In this document: piece by piece, positions 7,911 through 16,916 of the stretch
How the letters are laid out: each line of letters opens with the position of its first letter
Numbering within the stretch: position 1 is the first letter of the stretch
Origin: a candidate division WOR-3 bacterium
GTDB taxonomy: Bacteria; Hydrothermota; Tepidihabitantia; Tepidihabitantales; Tepidihabitantaceae
Assembly (NCBI GenBank): GCA_965648935.1
Contig: CBFGIY010000029.1
Span: 1-27,646 of the forward strand
Direction: 5' to 3'
Length of the DNA: 27,646 nucleotides
Program-made: the position numbers and the translations under genes
The notes under the pieces: generated by a model
The model's database searches: none
What the model was told of the DNA's origin: nothing
Seen by the model: the letters and a program-made list of their open reading frames with translations, nothing else

Positions 7911-9011
7911 GGTCTGTTCGATGCAGGCAAGCATGTCGTCGGCGGCCTTGTCCCAGGTCCACTGGCGGGCCCAGTCGACGGCCTGCCGGCCGAGGCGCGC
8001 GCGCAACGGTTCGTCGGACAGCAGTTTCTCCAGCTTCTCGGCCAGCGCCGGGATATCGCCGTAGGGATAGACGAGGCCGTTGACCCCGTCGCGCGAGGAG
8101 TCGCGCAGGCCGGGCGAGTCGGCCACGACCACGGGCGTGCCGCAGCCGTTGGCTTCCATCACGATGAGGCCCCAGCCTTCCTTAACCGAGTTCTCGACCA
8201 GCACCGCGGCGCGATGGTACCACGCGACCTTCTCTTCTTCGGGGATGAATCCGGTGAACTGCACCGCGGCGCCGAGGTTAAGCTTGGCCGCGACCGTCTC
8301 GAGCCGCGGCCGGTCGTCGCCGCCGCCGACGATTACGACCTTGAACTGACGGCCGCGGTCAAGCAGGAGCCGGGCCGCGCGCAGGAGGTGATCGACCGCC
8401 TTGTACTTCTTCAACCGGCCGACGTGCAGCAGGACGGGAACGGAATCAGGGGCCACGGGTCGGGAACCCGGAGTGAATCTGCTGAAGTCGGTGCCGGGCG
8501 GGATGACCGTGATTTGCTCGGCCGGGATGCCGACCGCGACCGTGTCGGCTTTGGAGCTTTCCGAGAGTACCGCAAACAGGCAGTTCCGGTAGGCAAGCGG
8601 AATGGCGGTTTCGGTCAGCCAGACATAGGCGGCCAGCGGCGGAATCGTTTCTTTGAAAATCGAGCCGCGGAACAGATGCATCAGTATTGCCAGCACGGGT
8701 TTGCGCGTGCGCCAGGGCGAGTAGAACGGTATCTTGTTGAGGTCGTCGATAACGATGTCATAGTCGCCGTCGGCGATGATGGCAGGGAGGGCGCGCCAGA
8801 CCGCGAAGTTGAAGGTGTTCTTGCCGCCGAGGCGCAGGACGCGGATGCCGTCCAGAACCTCTTCGGCCGCCGAGCCCGGGTAGCGCTCGGCGAGCTGGGT
8901 GACCTCGTGGCCGCGCGCGGCAACGCGGCGGAATATCTGCTGGGCATATATCTCGGCGCCGCCGGCCAGCGGATTCCTGATACAGCGCCAGTTGATGACG
9001 AGGATTCTCAT
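7887..9011 (-). CDS. Glycosyltransferase family 4 protein
   Basis: 'MRILVINWR…GGAE', 'HVGRLKKYK', 'EGWGLIVMEANGCGTPVV..DSPGLRD..RDG.NG' GT-B motifs. Confidence 0.92.
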   Translation of the reverse strand: MRILVINWRCIRNPLAGGAEIYAQQIFRRVAARGHEVTQLAERYPGSAAEEVLDGIRVLRLGGKNTFNFAVWRALPAIIADGDYDIVIDDLNKIPFYSPWRTRKPVLAILMHLFRGSIFKETIPPLAAYVWLTETAIPLAYRNCLFAVLSESSKADTVAVGIPAEQITVIPPGTDFSRFTPGSRPVAPDSVPVLLHVGRLKKYKAVDHLLRAARLLLDRGRQFKVVIVGGGDDRPRLETVAAKLNLGAAVQFTGFIPEEEKVAWYHRAAVLVENSVKEGWGLIVMEANGCGTPVVVADSPGLRDSSRDGVNGLVYPYGDIPALAEKLEKLLSDEPLRARLGRQAVDWARQWTWDKAADDMLACIEQTVNRGRGA

Positions 9012-9020
9012 CCCGGCTTC

Positions 9021-9048
9021 ATCTTATGCCCGGACCGAGAGCGGTCAA
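9021..9048 (-). promoter_or_regulatory. sigma70-type promoter of the GT4 gene (near-leaderless)
   Basis: Minus strand TTGACC-16-TAAGAT, 9 nt before ATG 9011, no SD. Confidence 0.55.
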
Positions 9049-9072
9049 GGCGGCCGGCCGCGCCGCGGCCGG

Positions 9073-9100
9073 TTGACAGCGTTTGCCTGCGGTCTATGAT
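9073..9100 (+). promoter_or_regulatory. sigma70-type promoter, divergent from the GT4 promoter
   Basis: TTGACA-16-TATGAT, then SD AAGGAG before ATG 9132. Confidence 0.6.
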
Positions 9101-9131
9101 GTTGCGACTGGCACAGCAAAGGAGCGTCGTG

Positions 9132-10064
9132 ATGTCGAACCGCCTGGTCACCGGCATTATGGTCATCGGGCTCGTCCTGGCCGCTCCGGCCTTCGCCGCG
9201 GTGGCCAAATCCCAGTTGCGTATCGTCGTGTTCACCGATGTCGCCGAGCGCGGGCGCGAGCTGCTTGTCCGCCTGGCCGCGCGCGGCTACTCCAACCCGG
9301 CCAGCAAGGTCGAGGCAAACCCCAACCGCGAGTTCAACATCAAGTACGGCGCTGCGCCGTTCGCCTACATCGAGGAAATCGCCACCTACACCGAGGGCCG
9401 CTGCGACGTGGACCTGAGGCGCAGCCGCGAGTTTGACTCGACCGACCTCGACGTGTTCATCAATCTGCCGTTCGAGACACAGGCCGGGACCAATTCCAGC
9501 CGGGCCTCGTTCCGGGTCGTGGTCTTCGCCGAGGACGGCGAGGAGGGCGAGGATTTGCTCGAGCGGCTGGCCGGGCTGGGCTACACGAACCGGCAGAACT
9601 GCGTGGACGACGCGGGAAAAGAGGAGCCTGCCTTGCTCTACGGCTCGGCCGCGCCCGGCATCGTCGACGAGCTGCTGGCGCTGGTGCTTGAGGAATCCGG
9701 CGCCGAACTGCCGGCGCGGCGCCGGTTCGCGGCCGACGACAACGACATCTACATCATCCTGCCCGGCACCGGCGAGCTGACAGCGCCCCAGCGCGACGGC
9801 CTGCGGCTGACCGTTTTCGCGCCGAACCAGAAGATCGGCAGCAACGCGCTCGGACTGCTCGCCGGACTGGGTTACACCAACCGCGCCAACGAGGTGCTGA
9901 CCGGCCCGGCAAAGGGCTATCACATCAAGTACGGCGCCTGCCCGCGCGAGTTTGTCGACGAGATGGCGGCGGCGCTCAAGGCCGAATTTGGCAGACCCTT
10001 TGTTCTGCTGCGCGAGTTTGGCGACGACCCGCGCAGGGTCTTCATCAACATACCCCACCCGTAA
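9132..10064 (+). CDS. Secreted protein with three tandem ~90-aa repeats resembling LytR C-terminal (LytR_C) domains
   Basis: True start inferred at ATG 9132 from the SD and signal peptide MSNRLVTGIMVIGLVLAAPAFA. Repeat pattern R(I/V/L).VF…G..LL..LA..GY.N…I.YG..P…(D/E)E…F..D..D(V/I)FI.LP occurs three times. Confidence 0.75.
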   Translation: MSNRLVTGIMVIGLVLAAPAFAAVAKSQLRIVVFTDVAERGRELLVRLAARGYSNPASKVEANPNREFNIKYGAAPFAYIEEIATYTEGRCDVDLRRSREFDSTDLDVFINLPFETQAGTNSSRASFRVVVFAEDGEEGEDLLERLAGLGYTNRQNCVDDAGKEEPALLYGSAAPGIVDELLALVLEESGAELPARRRFAADDNDIYIILPGTGELTAPQRDGLRLTVFAPNQKIGSNALGLLAGLGYTNRANEVLTGPAKGYHIKYGACPREFVDEMAAALKAEFGRPFVLLREFGDDPRRVFINIPHP

Positions 10065-10079
10065 AGCGCCGGGACAGGT

Positions 10080-10108
10080 TTGACTTGAACCCGCTCCCCG
10101 GCTATCCT
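10080..10108 (+). promoter_or_regulatory. sigma70-type promoter of the pruA operon
   Basis: TTGACT-17-TATCCT, implying a ~215-nt 5' leader. Confidence 0.55.
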
Positions 10109-10114
10109 GTTGCC

Positions 10115-10329
10115 GCCAGGGGGCCTGTGACACGGCTGCAAGGCCCTGTTTCAGAGTAGTTTACCCGGCAACGGCGGTCGCTCTGAGCGCAGCGCCGACC
10201 CGCTCGGCGTCCCGCGGCCGCGCAAGCTGTCTGCCTGACAGCAGCCCGGATTCAATAGCCGTTGCGATAAGAGAAGCAGGCCCGCGTGCGGGCCCAACGA
10301 AAAGCAGACTTATTGCAGGAGGCGCACTG
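10115..10329 (+). ncRNA. Candidate structured cis-regulatory 5' leader of unknown family
   Basis: Several stems: 10121-26/10141-46, 10168-75/10258-65, 10192-98/10204-10, 10226-31/10237-42, 10263-71/10309-17 (abutting SD GGAGG 10318-22) and 10279-85/10288-94. No match to a riboswitch consensus I recognise. Confidence 0.4.
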
Positions 10330-11874
<1,545 letters not shown>

Positions 11875-11889
11875 GAAACGGAGACAGCT

Positions 11890-13275
11890 ATGGCAGCCAG
11901 TCAACAAAGCGGCCGCGCCCGCAAGCTACCAGCCGGTGCGCCGCGCCGGACGATAATCGTCGGCGCGGCCGGAATGGACTATCACGTCTTCAACACCTTC
12001 TTCCGCGACAACCCGGTCTACCGGGTCGTCGCGTTCACGATGGCGGCCGAGCAGAACCTCGGCACGGTCGGCGGACTGCGCACCTACCCGCGCTCGCTTG
12101 CCGGCAGGCTCTACCCCAGAGGTATCCCCTCTTTCCCGGAGCGCGACCTGACCAGGCTTGTCCGAGAGCTGAAAGCCGACGAGGTCGTGTTCGCCTACTC
12201 CGACGTGTCGCACAACTACGTGATGAGCCTCGCCTCGTCGGTGCTGGTCGCCGGGGCCGATTTCCGGCTGATCTCGCCCCGCTCGGTGCAGCTCAAATCG
12301 CGCCGGCCGGTGATCGCGGTCTGCGCGGTGCGCACCGGTTGCGGCAAGTCGCAGACCTCGCGCCGGGTGTATGAGATAATCAAGGGCCTCGGGCACCGCG
12401 TCGTGGCCGTGCGCGAGCCGATGCCTTACGGCGACCTCGAGAAGCAGGTCTGGCAGCGGTTCGCGACCTACGAAGACCTCGACCGCGCTCAGGCGACCAT
12501 CGAGGAGCGCGAGGAGTACGAGCCCTACATCGAGAACGGGATGGTCATCTACGCCGGGTGCGACTATGCCGAGATTCTCAGACACGCCGAGAAGGAAGCC
12601 GACGTCATCGTCTGGGACGGCGGCAACAACGAAATCGCGTTCTACAAACCCGATTGCCTGATCGTCATCGCCGACCCGCTGCGGCCCGGCCACGAGGTGA
12701 CCTGGCACCCGGGCGAGGTGAACCTGCGGCAGGCTGATGTCGTGGTCATCAACAAGGAGGACTCGGCCCGGCCCGAGGACATCGAGACCGTCCGCGCCAA
12801 TGTCAGGCGCGTCAACCCCAAGGCGGCGATCATCGACGCGGACTCGCCGCTTGATGTCGCCGACCCGGCGCTCATCCGGGGCCGGCGCGTGCTGGTGGTC
12901 GAGGACGGGCCCACCGTGACCCACGGCGGGATGGGCTTCGGCGCGGGCTGGCTCGCAGCCAGACGGTTCGAAGCCGGGGCGCTGGCCGACCCGCGCGCCT
13001 GCGCGGTCGGGGCCCTCGCGCGGGAACTCGACCACTTCCCGCACCTGAAAGAAGTTCTGCCGGCGATGGGCTACTCCAGGAAACAGCTCCGCGAGCTCGA
13101 AGCGTCAATCAACCGCTGCGACTGCGACGCGGTCGTGTCCGGCACGCCGATAGACCTCGCGCGGATCATCAAGGTGAACAAGCCGGTCGTGCGGGTCCGC
13201 TACCGGCTTGAGGAGAAGACCAGGCCCGGGCTTGCGGCGCACATCAAGCGGGCCCTGTCCCGCCGGAGGCCCTAG
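11890..13275 (+). CDS. P-loop enzyme of the COG2403 family (annotated 'cyclic 2,3-diphosphoglycerate synthetase-like/GTPase'); arginine synthetase ArcE-like but divergent
   Basis: AVRTGCGKSQTSR P-loop, TIEEREEYEP, WDGGNN, HPGEVN, VEDGPT.THGGM..GAG, LPAMGY. It starts 15 nt after pruA. Confidence 0.85.
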   Translation: MAASQQSGRARKLPAGAPRRTIIVGAAGMDYHVFNTFFRDNPVYRVVAFTMAAEQNLGTVGGLRTYPRSLAGRLYPRGIPSFPERDLTRLVRELKADEVVFAYSDVSHNYVMSLASSVLVAGADFRLISPRSVQLKSRRPVIAVCAVRTGCGKSQTSRRVYEIIKGLGHRVVAVREPMPYGDLEKQVWQRFATYEDLDRAQATIEEREEYEPYIENGMVIYAGCDYAEILRHAEKEADVIVWDGGNNEIAFYKPDCLIVIADPLRPGHEVTWHPGEVNLRQADVVVINKEDSARPEDIETVRANVRRVNPKAAIIDADSPLDVADPALIRGRRVLVVEDGPTVTHGGMGFGAGWLAARRFEAGALADPRACAVGALARELDHFPHLKEVLPAMGYSRKQLRELEASINRCDCDAVVSGTPIDLARIIKVNKPVVRVRYRLEEKTRPGLAAHIKRALSRRRP

Positions 13276-13824
13276 ACGCAGAAACACCAGAACCCGGCGC
13301 TCCGGGACCGCTGGCACTGGGCACTGACCATAGCGGGCTGGCTGCTGGCGATTGAAGCGGCCAGCTCGCTGCTTCTGGGCATCGCCGGCCGGGCGATGGC
13401 CGGCTCGCTGTCACTGGGGCCGCTCCTTGCCCAGACAAGCATCGCCCTCGACCCGGCCGCGCTCGAGGCGATTGACGGGCTTGTCGGCGGCGTCCTTGTC
13501 GCGGCCGATGTCCAGATAGCGGCCAACGCCGCGGTCGTCGCCGGCTGCATCGGCCTGCTCCTGCGCAAGAAGTGGGGCTGGTACATTGTCTGCATATTGC
13601 ACCTCGCGCAGGTGGTGGTCGCTTATGTCCTCGGCCTGCCCCTTGTGCAGAGCGCGGTCGCCATCGTGTCGCCCGAGCACGCGCGCGGCTACGGCCTGCT
13701 CATCACCGTGCTCATCAGCCTGATACCGATGAGCGTGGTCGCGTTCCTGATGCTGCGGCCGGTAGCGCGGCAGTTCGAGCGGCCGGCCGAAGCTCAGGCG
13801 CAGGCGGACCAGAGCTTCAGGTAG
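13276..13824 (+). CDS. Integral membrane protein (about 4 TM); start uncertain (ACG 13276 or ATG 13396)
   Basis: The frame is open from 13276, directly after and in frame with the TAG of the previous gene. A hydrophobic helix WALTIAGWLLAIEAASSLLLGIAG lies upstream of the first ATG. 'GLLLRKKWGWY' TM-loop motif. Confidence 0.6.
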   Translation, partial: TQKHQNPALRDRWHWALTIAGWLLAIEAASSLLLGIAGRAMAGSLSLGPLLAQTSIALDPAALEAIDGLVGGVLVAADVQIAANAAVVAGCIGLLLRKKWGWYIVCILHLAQVVVAYVLGLPLVQSAVAIVSPEHARGYGLLITVLISLIPMSVVAFLMLRPVARQFERPAEAQAQADQSFR

Positions 13825-14648
13825 ACTTCTGCGACCGCGGAATTGACCGCGGTCTGCCGCACCGGCTCGTAGAGGTCGCGGCCCGGTTCGAGCCTGTCCG
13901 CGGCGGCGCGAATCTCGTGCTCGCGCGCGGCCAGTTCCTCGTCGGTCTCGGCCTCAAAGTGCGCGCCGACCTTGGCCAGCGAGTCGGCCAGCCACAGAAG
14001 CCCGATTTCCAGTTCATAGCCGGCATTGGCCAGCATCAGCTCAAGGCAGTCCCGGCCGAACGCGAAGGAACGCACCCGGTCTATGGTGTATGAACCCTTG
14101 CTCTTGAGCCGGTCGCGCGCGTGGGCCAGTTCGTAGTGCCGCGCCGCGCATTCGGCGACAAACTCGAACTGCGCATCGTTCAGGCCGAGCTCCCCACACA
14201 AGAGCCCGCGCAGGTCGCGCCGGATGATGCGGCCCGACTCGGCCTCGTGGTGCTTGAACGACACGGCCGTACGGCCGTTCCGGGCGAGGCGGACCTGGCG
14301 CACCGCGAACTTGCCCAGGTCGTGCAAGGGTATGGCCAGGCGCAACAGCGCTGAGCGCGGCAACCCGTCAATCTCCCGCTCAAGCGACCGCGCGACCCGC
14401 GCGGCGATGCCCCAGCGCTCAAGCATCCCCGGCACGGTCTCGTTGTAGTGCTTCTCGAACATACGCGTGTGAGTGATGATGCCCCACTGATGCCAGCGGG
14501 TCTCATGCTCGGCCGGGTCATCCGGGTCGGCGGCAAACCGTGCGTTTTTCGGGTGCTCGGGATAGTGGGCCGACTCGACCAGCCCGCGCGCGAGCGGAGG
14601 CAGGCGCTGCCACAGCGTTTCCAGGGCGCGGTTCATATCCGGTGTCAC
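13794..14648 (-). CDS. HD-domain metal-dependent phosphohydrolase
   Basis: 'WHQWGIITHT', 'AIPLHDLGK', 'HHEAESG', 'RHYE', 'LADSLAK'. This is the HD motif set seen in CCA/poly(A)-polymerase-associated HD domains. Confidence 0.8.
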   Translation of the reverse strand: MTPDMNRALETLWQRLPPLARGLVESAHYPEHPKNARFAADPDDPAEHETRWHQWGIITHTRMFEKHYNETVPGMLERWGIAARVARSLEREIDGLPRSALLRLAIPLHDLGKFAVRQVRLARNGRTAVSFKHHEAESGRIIRRDLRGLLCGELGLNDAQFEFVAECAARHYELAHARDRLKSKGSYTIDRVRSFAFGRDCLELMLANAGYELEIGLLWLADSLAKVGAHFEAETDEELAAREHEIRAAADRLEPGRDLYEPVRQTAVNSAVAEVYLKLWSACA

Positions 14649-14654
14649 GGGCCG

Positions 14655-14683
14655 AGTCTAGCCGTTGCGGCGCGGCCGGTCAA
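14655..14683 (-). promoter_or_regulatory. sigma70-type promoter giving a leaderless mRNA for the HD gene
   Basis: Minus strand TTGACC-17-TAGACT-6 nt-GTG (14648). Confidence 0.6.
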
Positions 14684-15465
14684 AGCCGGGGCCGGCGTGC
14701 GTTCCCGCCCAGCCGCGCGACGGTGCGCCCGATGGTCCGCGCGCAGTCCTCGATCCGGCTGTTGATCTCGCGCCCAGAGAACCGAAGCACGCGCCAGCCT
14801 CCGGCAACCAGCGCGTTGTCGCGCAGGCGGTCCAGTTCGGCGCGTTCCGGGTTCGCGTGCCAGCGGTCTCCGTCGCACTCAACCGCGATGCGGCCGGCGC
14901 GGCAGAACAGCGCGATGTCCACGAACGCACCAAGGTCCGTGTCGGCGTCGCGGACAAAGAACTGGCGCTCGGGCTCACCGCCGGCATCGCGCAGTCGCCA
15001 GTACAGCCGGTCCTCGATCGGGCTGGTGCGGTACAGGTCGTTGATTTCACCTGCCGCGCGCAGCCGCTCGAGCGAAGTCGGGATGAACACCACCCGGCGA
15101 CGGCGCGCCGATGGAATCGGGCGCGGCAGCCGCTCGAGCGAACCCAGTTCGAGCTTCCAGTAGGGCTGGTCGGCCCTGGGGTGGCCGGGCTCAGATGGAA
15201 TCAGCTCGCGGCGAACAGCTGTGGTCGCGGCGCGCACCCGGCCGAGCCAGCTCACTTTCCAGCGGTCCTCACCGAACACGGCGGGCAGGTAGAACGCCAG
15301 CCAGCGCACTCGCTCGATGCCCTCGGGCGCGGCCGCGGTTGGGATGCGGTACCAGTGTTCCCTTCGGACAATGCGCCAGTCGCGCTTTGATGGAACCAGC
15401 GCGACTAGGGCCGGGGTTTCGCGTCCGAACCGGTCAAACCTGCCCCACGGCAACCGTCGCGCCAC
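14680..15465 (-). CDS. DUF559/Vsr-like PD-(D/E)xK endonuclease domain protein with an N-terminal EVE/PUA-like domain
   Basis: C-terminal 'SPIE..LY..L…ERQF…VDIALFC..GRIAVECDGDRWH…DRLRDNAL...GWRVLRFSG.EI'. N-terminal 'DW.IVRREHWYRIP…WLAFY.P'. Confidence 0.8.
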   Translation of the reverse strand: MARRLPWGRFDRFGRETPALVALVPSKRDWRIVRREHWYRIPTAAAPEGIERVRWLAFYLPAVFGEDRWKVSWLGRVRAATTAVRRELIPSEPGHPRADQPYWKLELGSLERLPRPIPSARRRRVVFIPTSLERLRAAGEINDLYRTSPIEDRLYWRLRDAGGEPERQFFVRDADTDLGAFVDIALFCRAGRIAVECDGDRWHANPERAELDRLRDNALVAGGWRVLRFSGREINSRIEDCARTIGRTVARLGGNARRPRL

Positions 15466-15471
15466 GCGCAG

Positions 15472-15501
15472 ATTCTAAGCCACTCCGGCGGCGCGAGTCA
15501 A
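15472..15501 (-). promoter_or_regulatory. sigma70-type promoter giving a leaderless mRNA for the DUF559 gene
   Basis: Minus strand TTGACT-18-TAGAAT-6 nt-GTG (15465). Confidence 0.6.
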
Positions 15502-15559
15502 CAGCCGCGGACGGTGCGGGACATCGGGTCGGGCCATGCCTCGGCGCGCTGACACCGGG

Positions 15560-15880
15560 ACAAGCCGCCGGAAGCCAGGCCAGTCGTGACCATGACTGGG
15601 CCGGTGGACGTGCCGGCCGAAGCCCGGCCGCCAGAGCTGGATGTTGTCGGTCTTGAGGCACCGGCCGAGACCCTGACCGAGACCGCCCGGGGAACGGGGG
15701 AGTCGAAGCCGCCCGCTTCCGCGCAACTCCTTGCCGGCGCCCGTCTTGACCCAGCTTCGGCCGCCGCTGCCGATTCAGCATGCTGGTTATAGTCGCCCTG
15801 TCGGGCGGTAGCCCTTTTCCGGCCAGCCTCGCCCCCCATGATCACGGCTCGTCCTTGCTCGCGGCGGTCCACACCCTGCG
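15560..15880 (-). pseudogene. Possible decayed remnant of a secreted beta-propeller repeat gene
   Basis: One minus frame reads GSGGRSWVKTGAGKEL (15771-15724) and CLKTDNIQLWRPGFG (from 15660), similar to 'G.G..DVWL.KTD..G..LW.R.FG' blades. There is no intact ORF with a start and SD. Confidence 0.3.
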
Positions 15881-16082
15881 GCGCGACTGCTTGCGCCCCC
15901 CCCGGCGGGCTTCGGTTCGCGCAGAGCCTGCTGATGCCCGGACCTGCGCGGGACTGCCCCAGTTCGATAATGCGGACTCGGAGTCAGTTCGCTTCACTCA
16001 TTGTCTTGAAGAAAAGACTCTCCGTCGCCGCTCTGTCGCGGGGTTCTCTTGCTGCACCGCAGCCTGTCGTCCCCAAGCCTGC

Positions 16083-16847
16083 TCAAGAAGGCGGAAGCGC
16101 CGGCACCCGCGCCACTATCATCATCCGCGTGGTCATCGGGCCGGGCGGCGCGAAACCGCCGTGCTGATAGAAGTCGGCCTTCTCAAACCCGGCCGCGCGC
16201 ACGCAACGGCGCACCTCATCCTCGGTGTACGCGCGTTCCTGATGGATCTCCTCGTGCTTCTGCCCCGGCATGCCCGGCTCGGGCTGCTCCCAGAAAGTCA
16301 GGTGCAGTGTCGAAACCCGCGTCTCAGGGTCCCACTGATTCTGCCATAGCGAGTACACCCCGCCGACCTCGCGCGGGGTCGAGCGCGTGCCCCAGTACTC
16401 GGCCAGGCCGTAGAGCGTGTTCATGTCGAACACGAACAGCGCGCCGGGTTTCAGCGCCCGCCGAACGCTTTTGAAACAGCAGACCAGGTCTTCTTCGACC
16501 AGCAGGTAGTTGATGCTGTCGTACAGGCTGATGGCCGCGTCGACCGGCTGGGGCAGGCTGAAGTCGCGGATGTCGGCCCGCACGGTGGCGATGGGCAGAT
16601 CACCGCGCTTGGACTCAAGCAGCTCGAGCATTTCGGGCGAGCGGTCCACGCCGACCATGCGGTAGCCGCGCCGGGCCAGCAGTATCGAGGGGATGCCCGT
16701 GCCGCAGGCGACGTCCAGTATCGTGTGCGGGATCTGCCGGTAGTGGCGGAAGATGCGCTCGACATAGTCAACCCAGCCCTTGTAGTCCACGTACTTCCAC
16801 ATGAACTTGTCGTAGTGGGCCGCGAACCGCACGAACGGGTCAAGCAT
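16083..16847 (-). CDS. Class I SAM-dependent methyltransferase
   Basis: 'FA.HYD..M..VDY..W', motif I ILDVACGTG, 'GVDRSPEML', 'ADIRDF', 'YDSINYL', 'LKPGALFVFDMNT', 'EIHQERAY'. Confidence 0.9.
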   Translation of the reverse strand: MLDPFVRFAAHYDKFMWKYVDYKGWVDYVERIFRHYRQIPHTILDVACGTGIPSILLARRGYRMVGVDRSPEMLELLESKRGDLPIATVRADIRDFSLPQPVDAAISLYDSINYLLVEEDLVCCFKSVRRALKPGALFVFDMNTLYGLAEYWGTRSTPREVGGVYSLWQNQWDPETRVSTLHLTFWEQPEPGMPGQKHEEIHQERAYTEDEVRRCVRAAGFEKADFYQHGGFAPPGPMTTRMMIVARVPALPPS

Positions 16848-16916
16848 CGCGCGCCGCGCTCCATGCTTGAAACTTCACGCCCGGCGTCCGCGGCTTGCGG
16901 TCTGTGGCGCGGTGCG
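16840..16916. repeat. Degenerate 7-nt periodic tract at the AIR-synthase/methyltransferase junction, with a stem over the start codon
   Basis: Minus strand …CAGACCG CAAGCCG CGGACGC…TCAAGCA TGGAGCG CGGCGCG CGATGCT. TCAAGCAT/ATGCTTGA form an 8-bp stem that includes the ATG. Confidence 0.5.

Noticed and set aside
8214..9131. N-terminal 306 codons of the 616-aa ORF
   Set aside because: This is the antisense shadow of the GT4 gene. The promoter, SD and signal peptide put the real start at 9132.
15686..15722. tRNA/tmRNA-like 'TTCGACTCCC' on the minus strand
   Set aside because: The T-stem does not pair (GCGGC vs CCCCC), and there is no acceptor stem, D-arm or CCA end.
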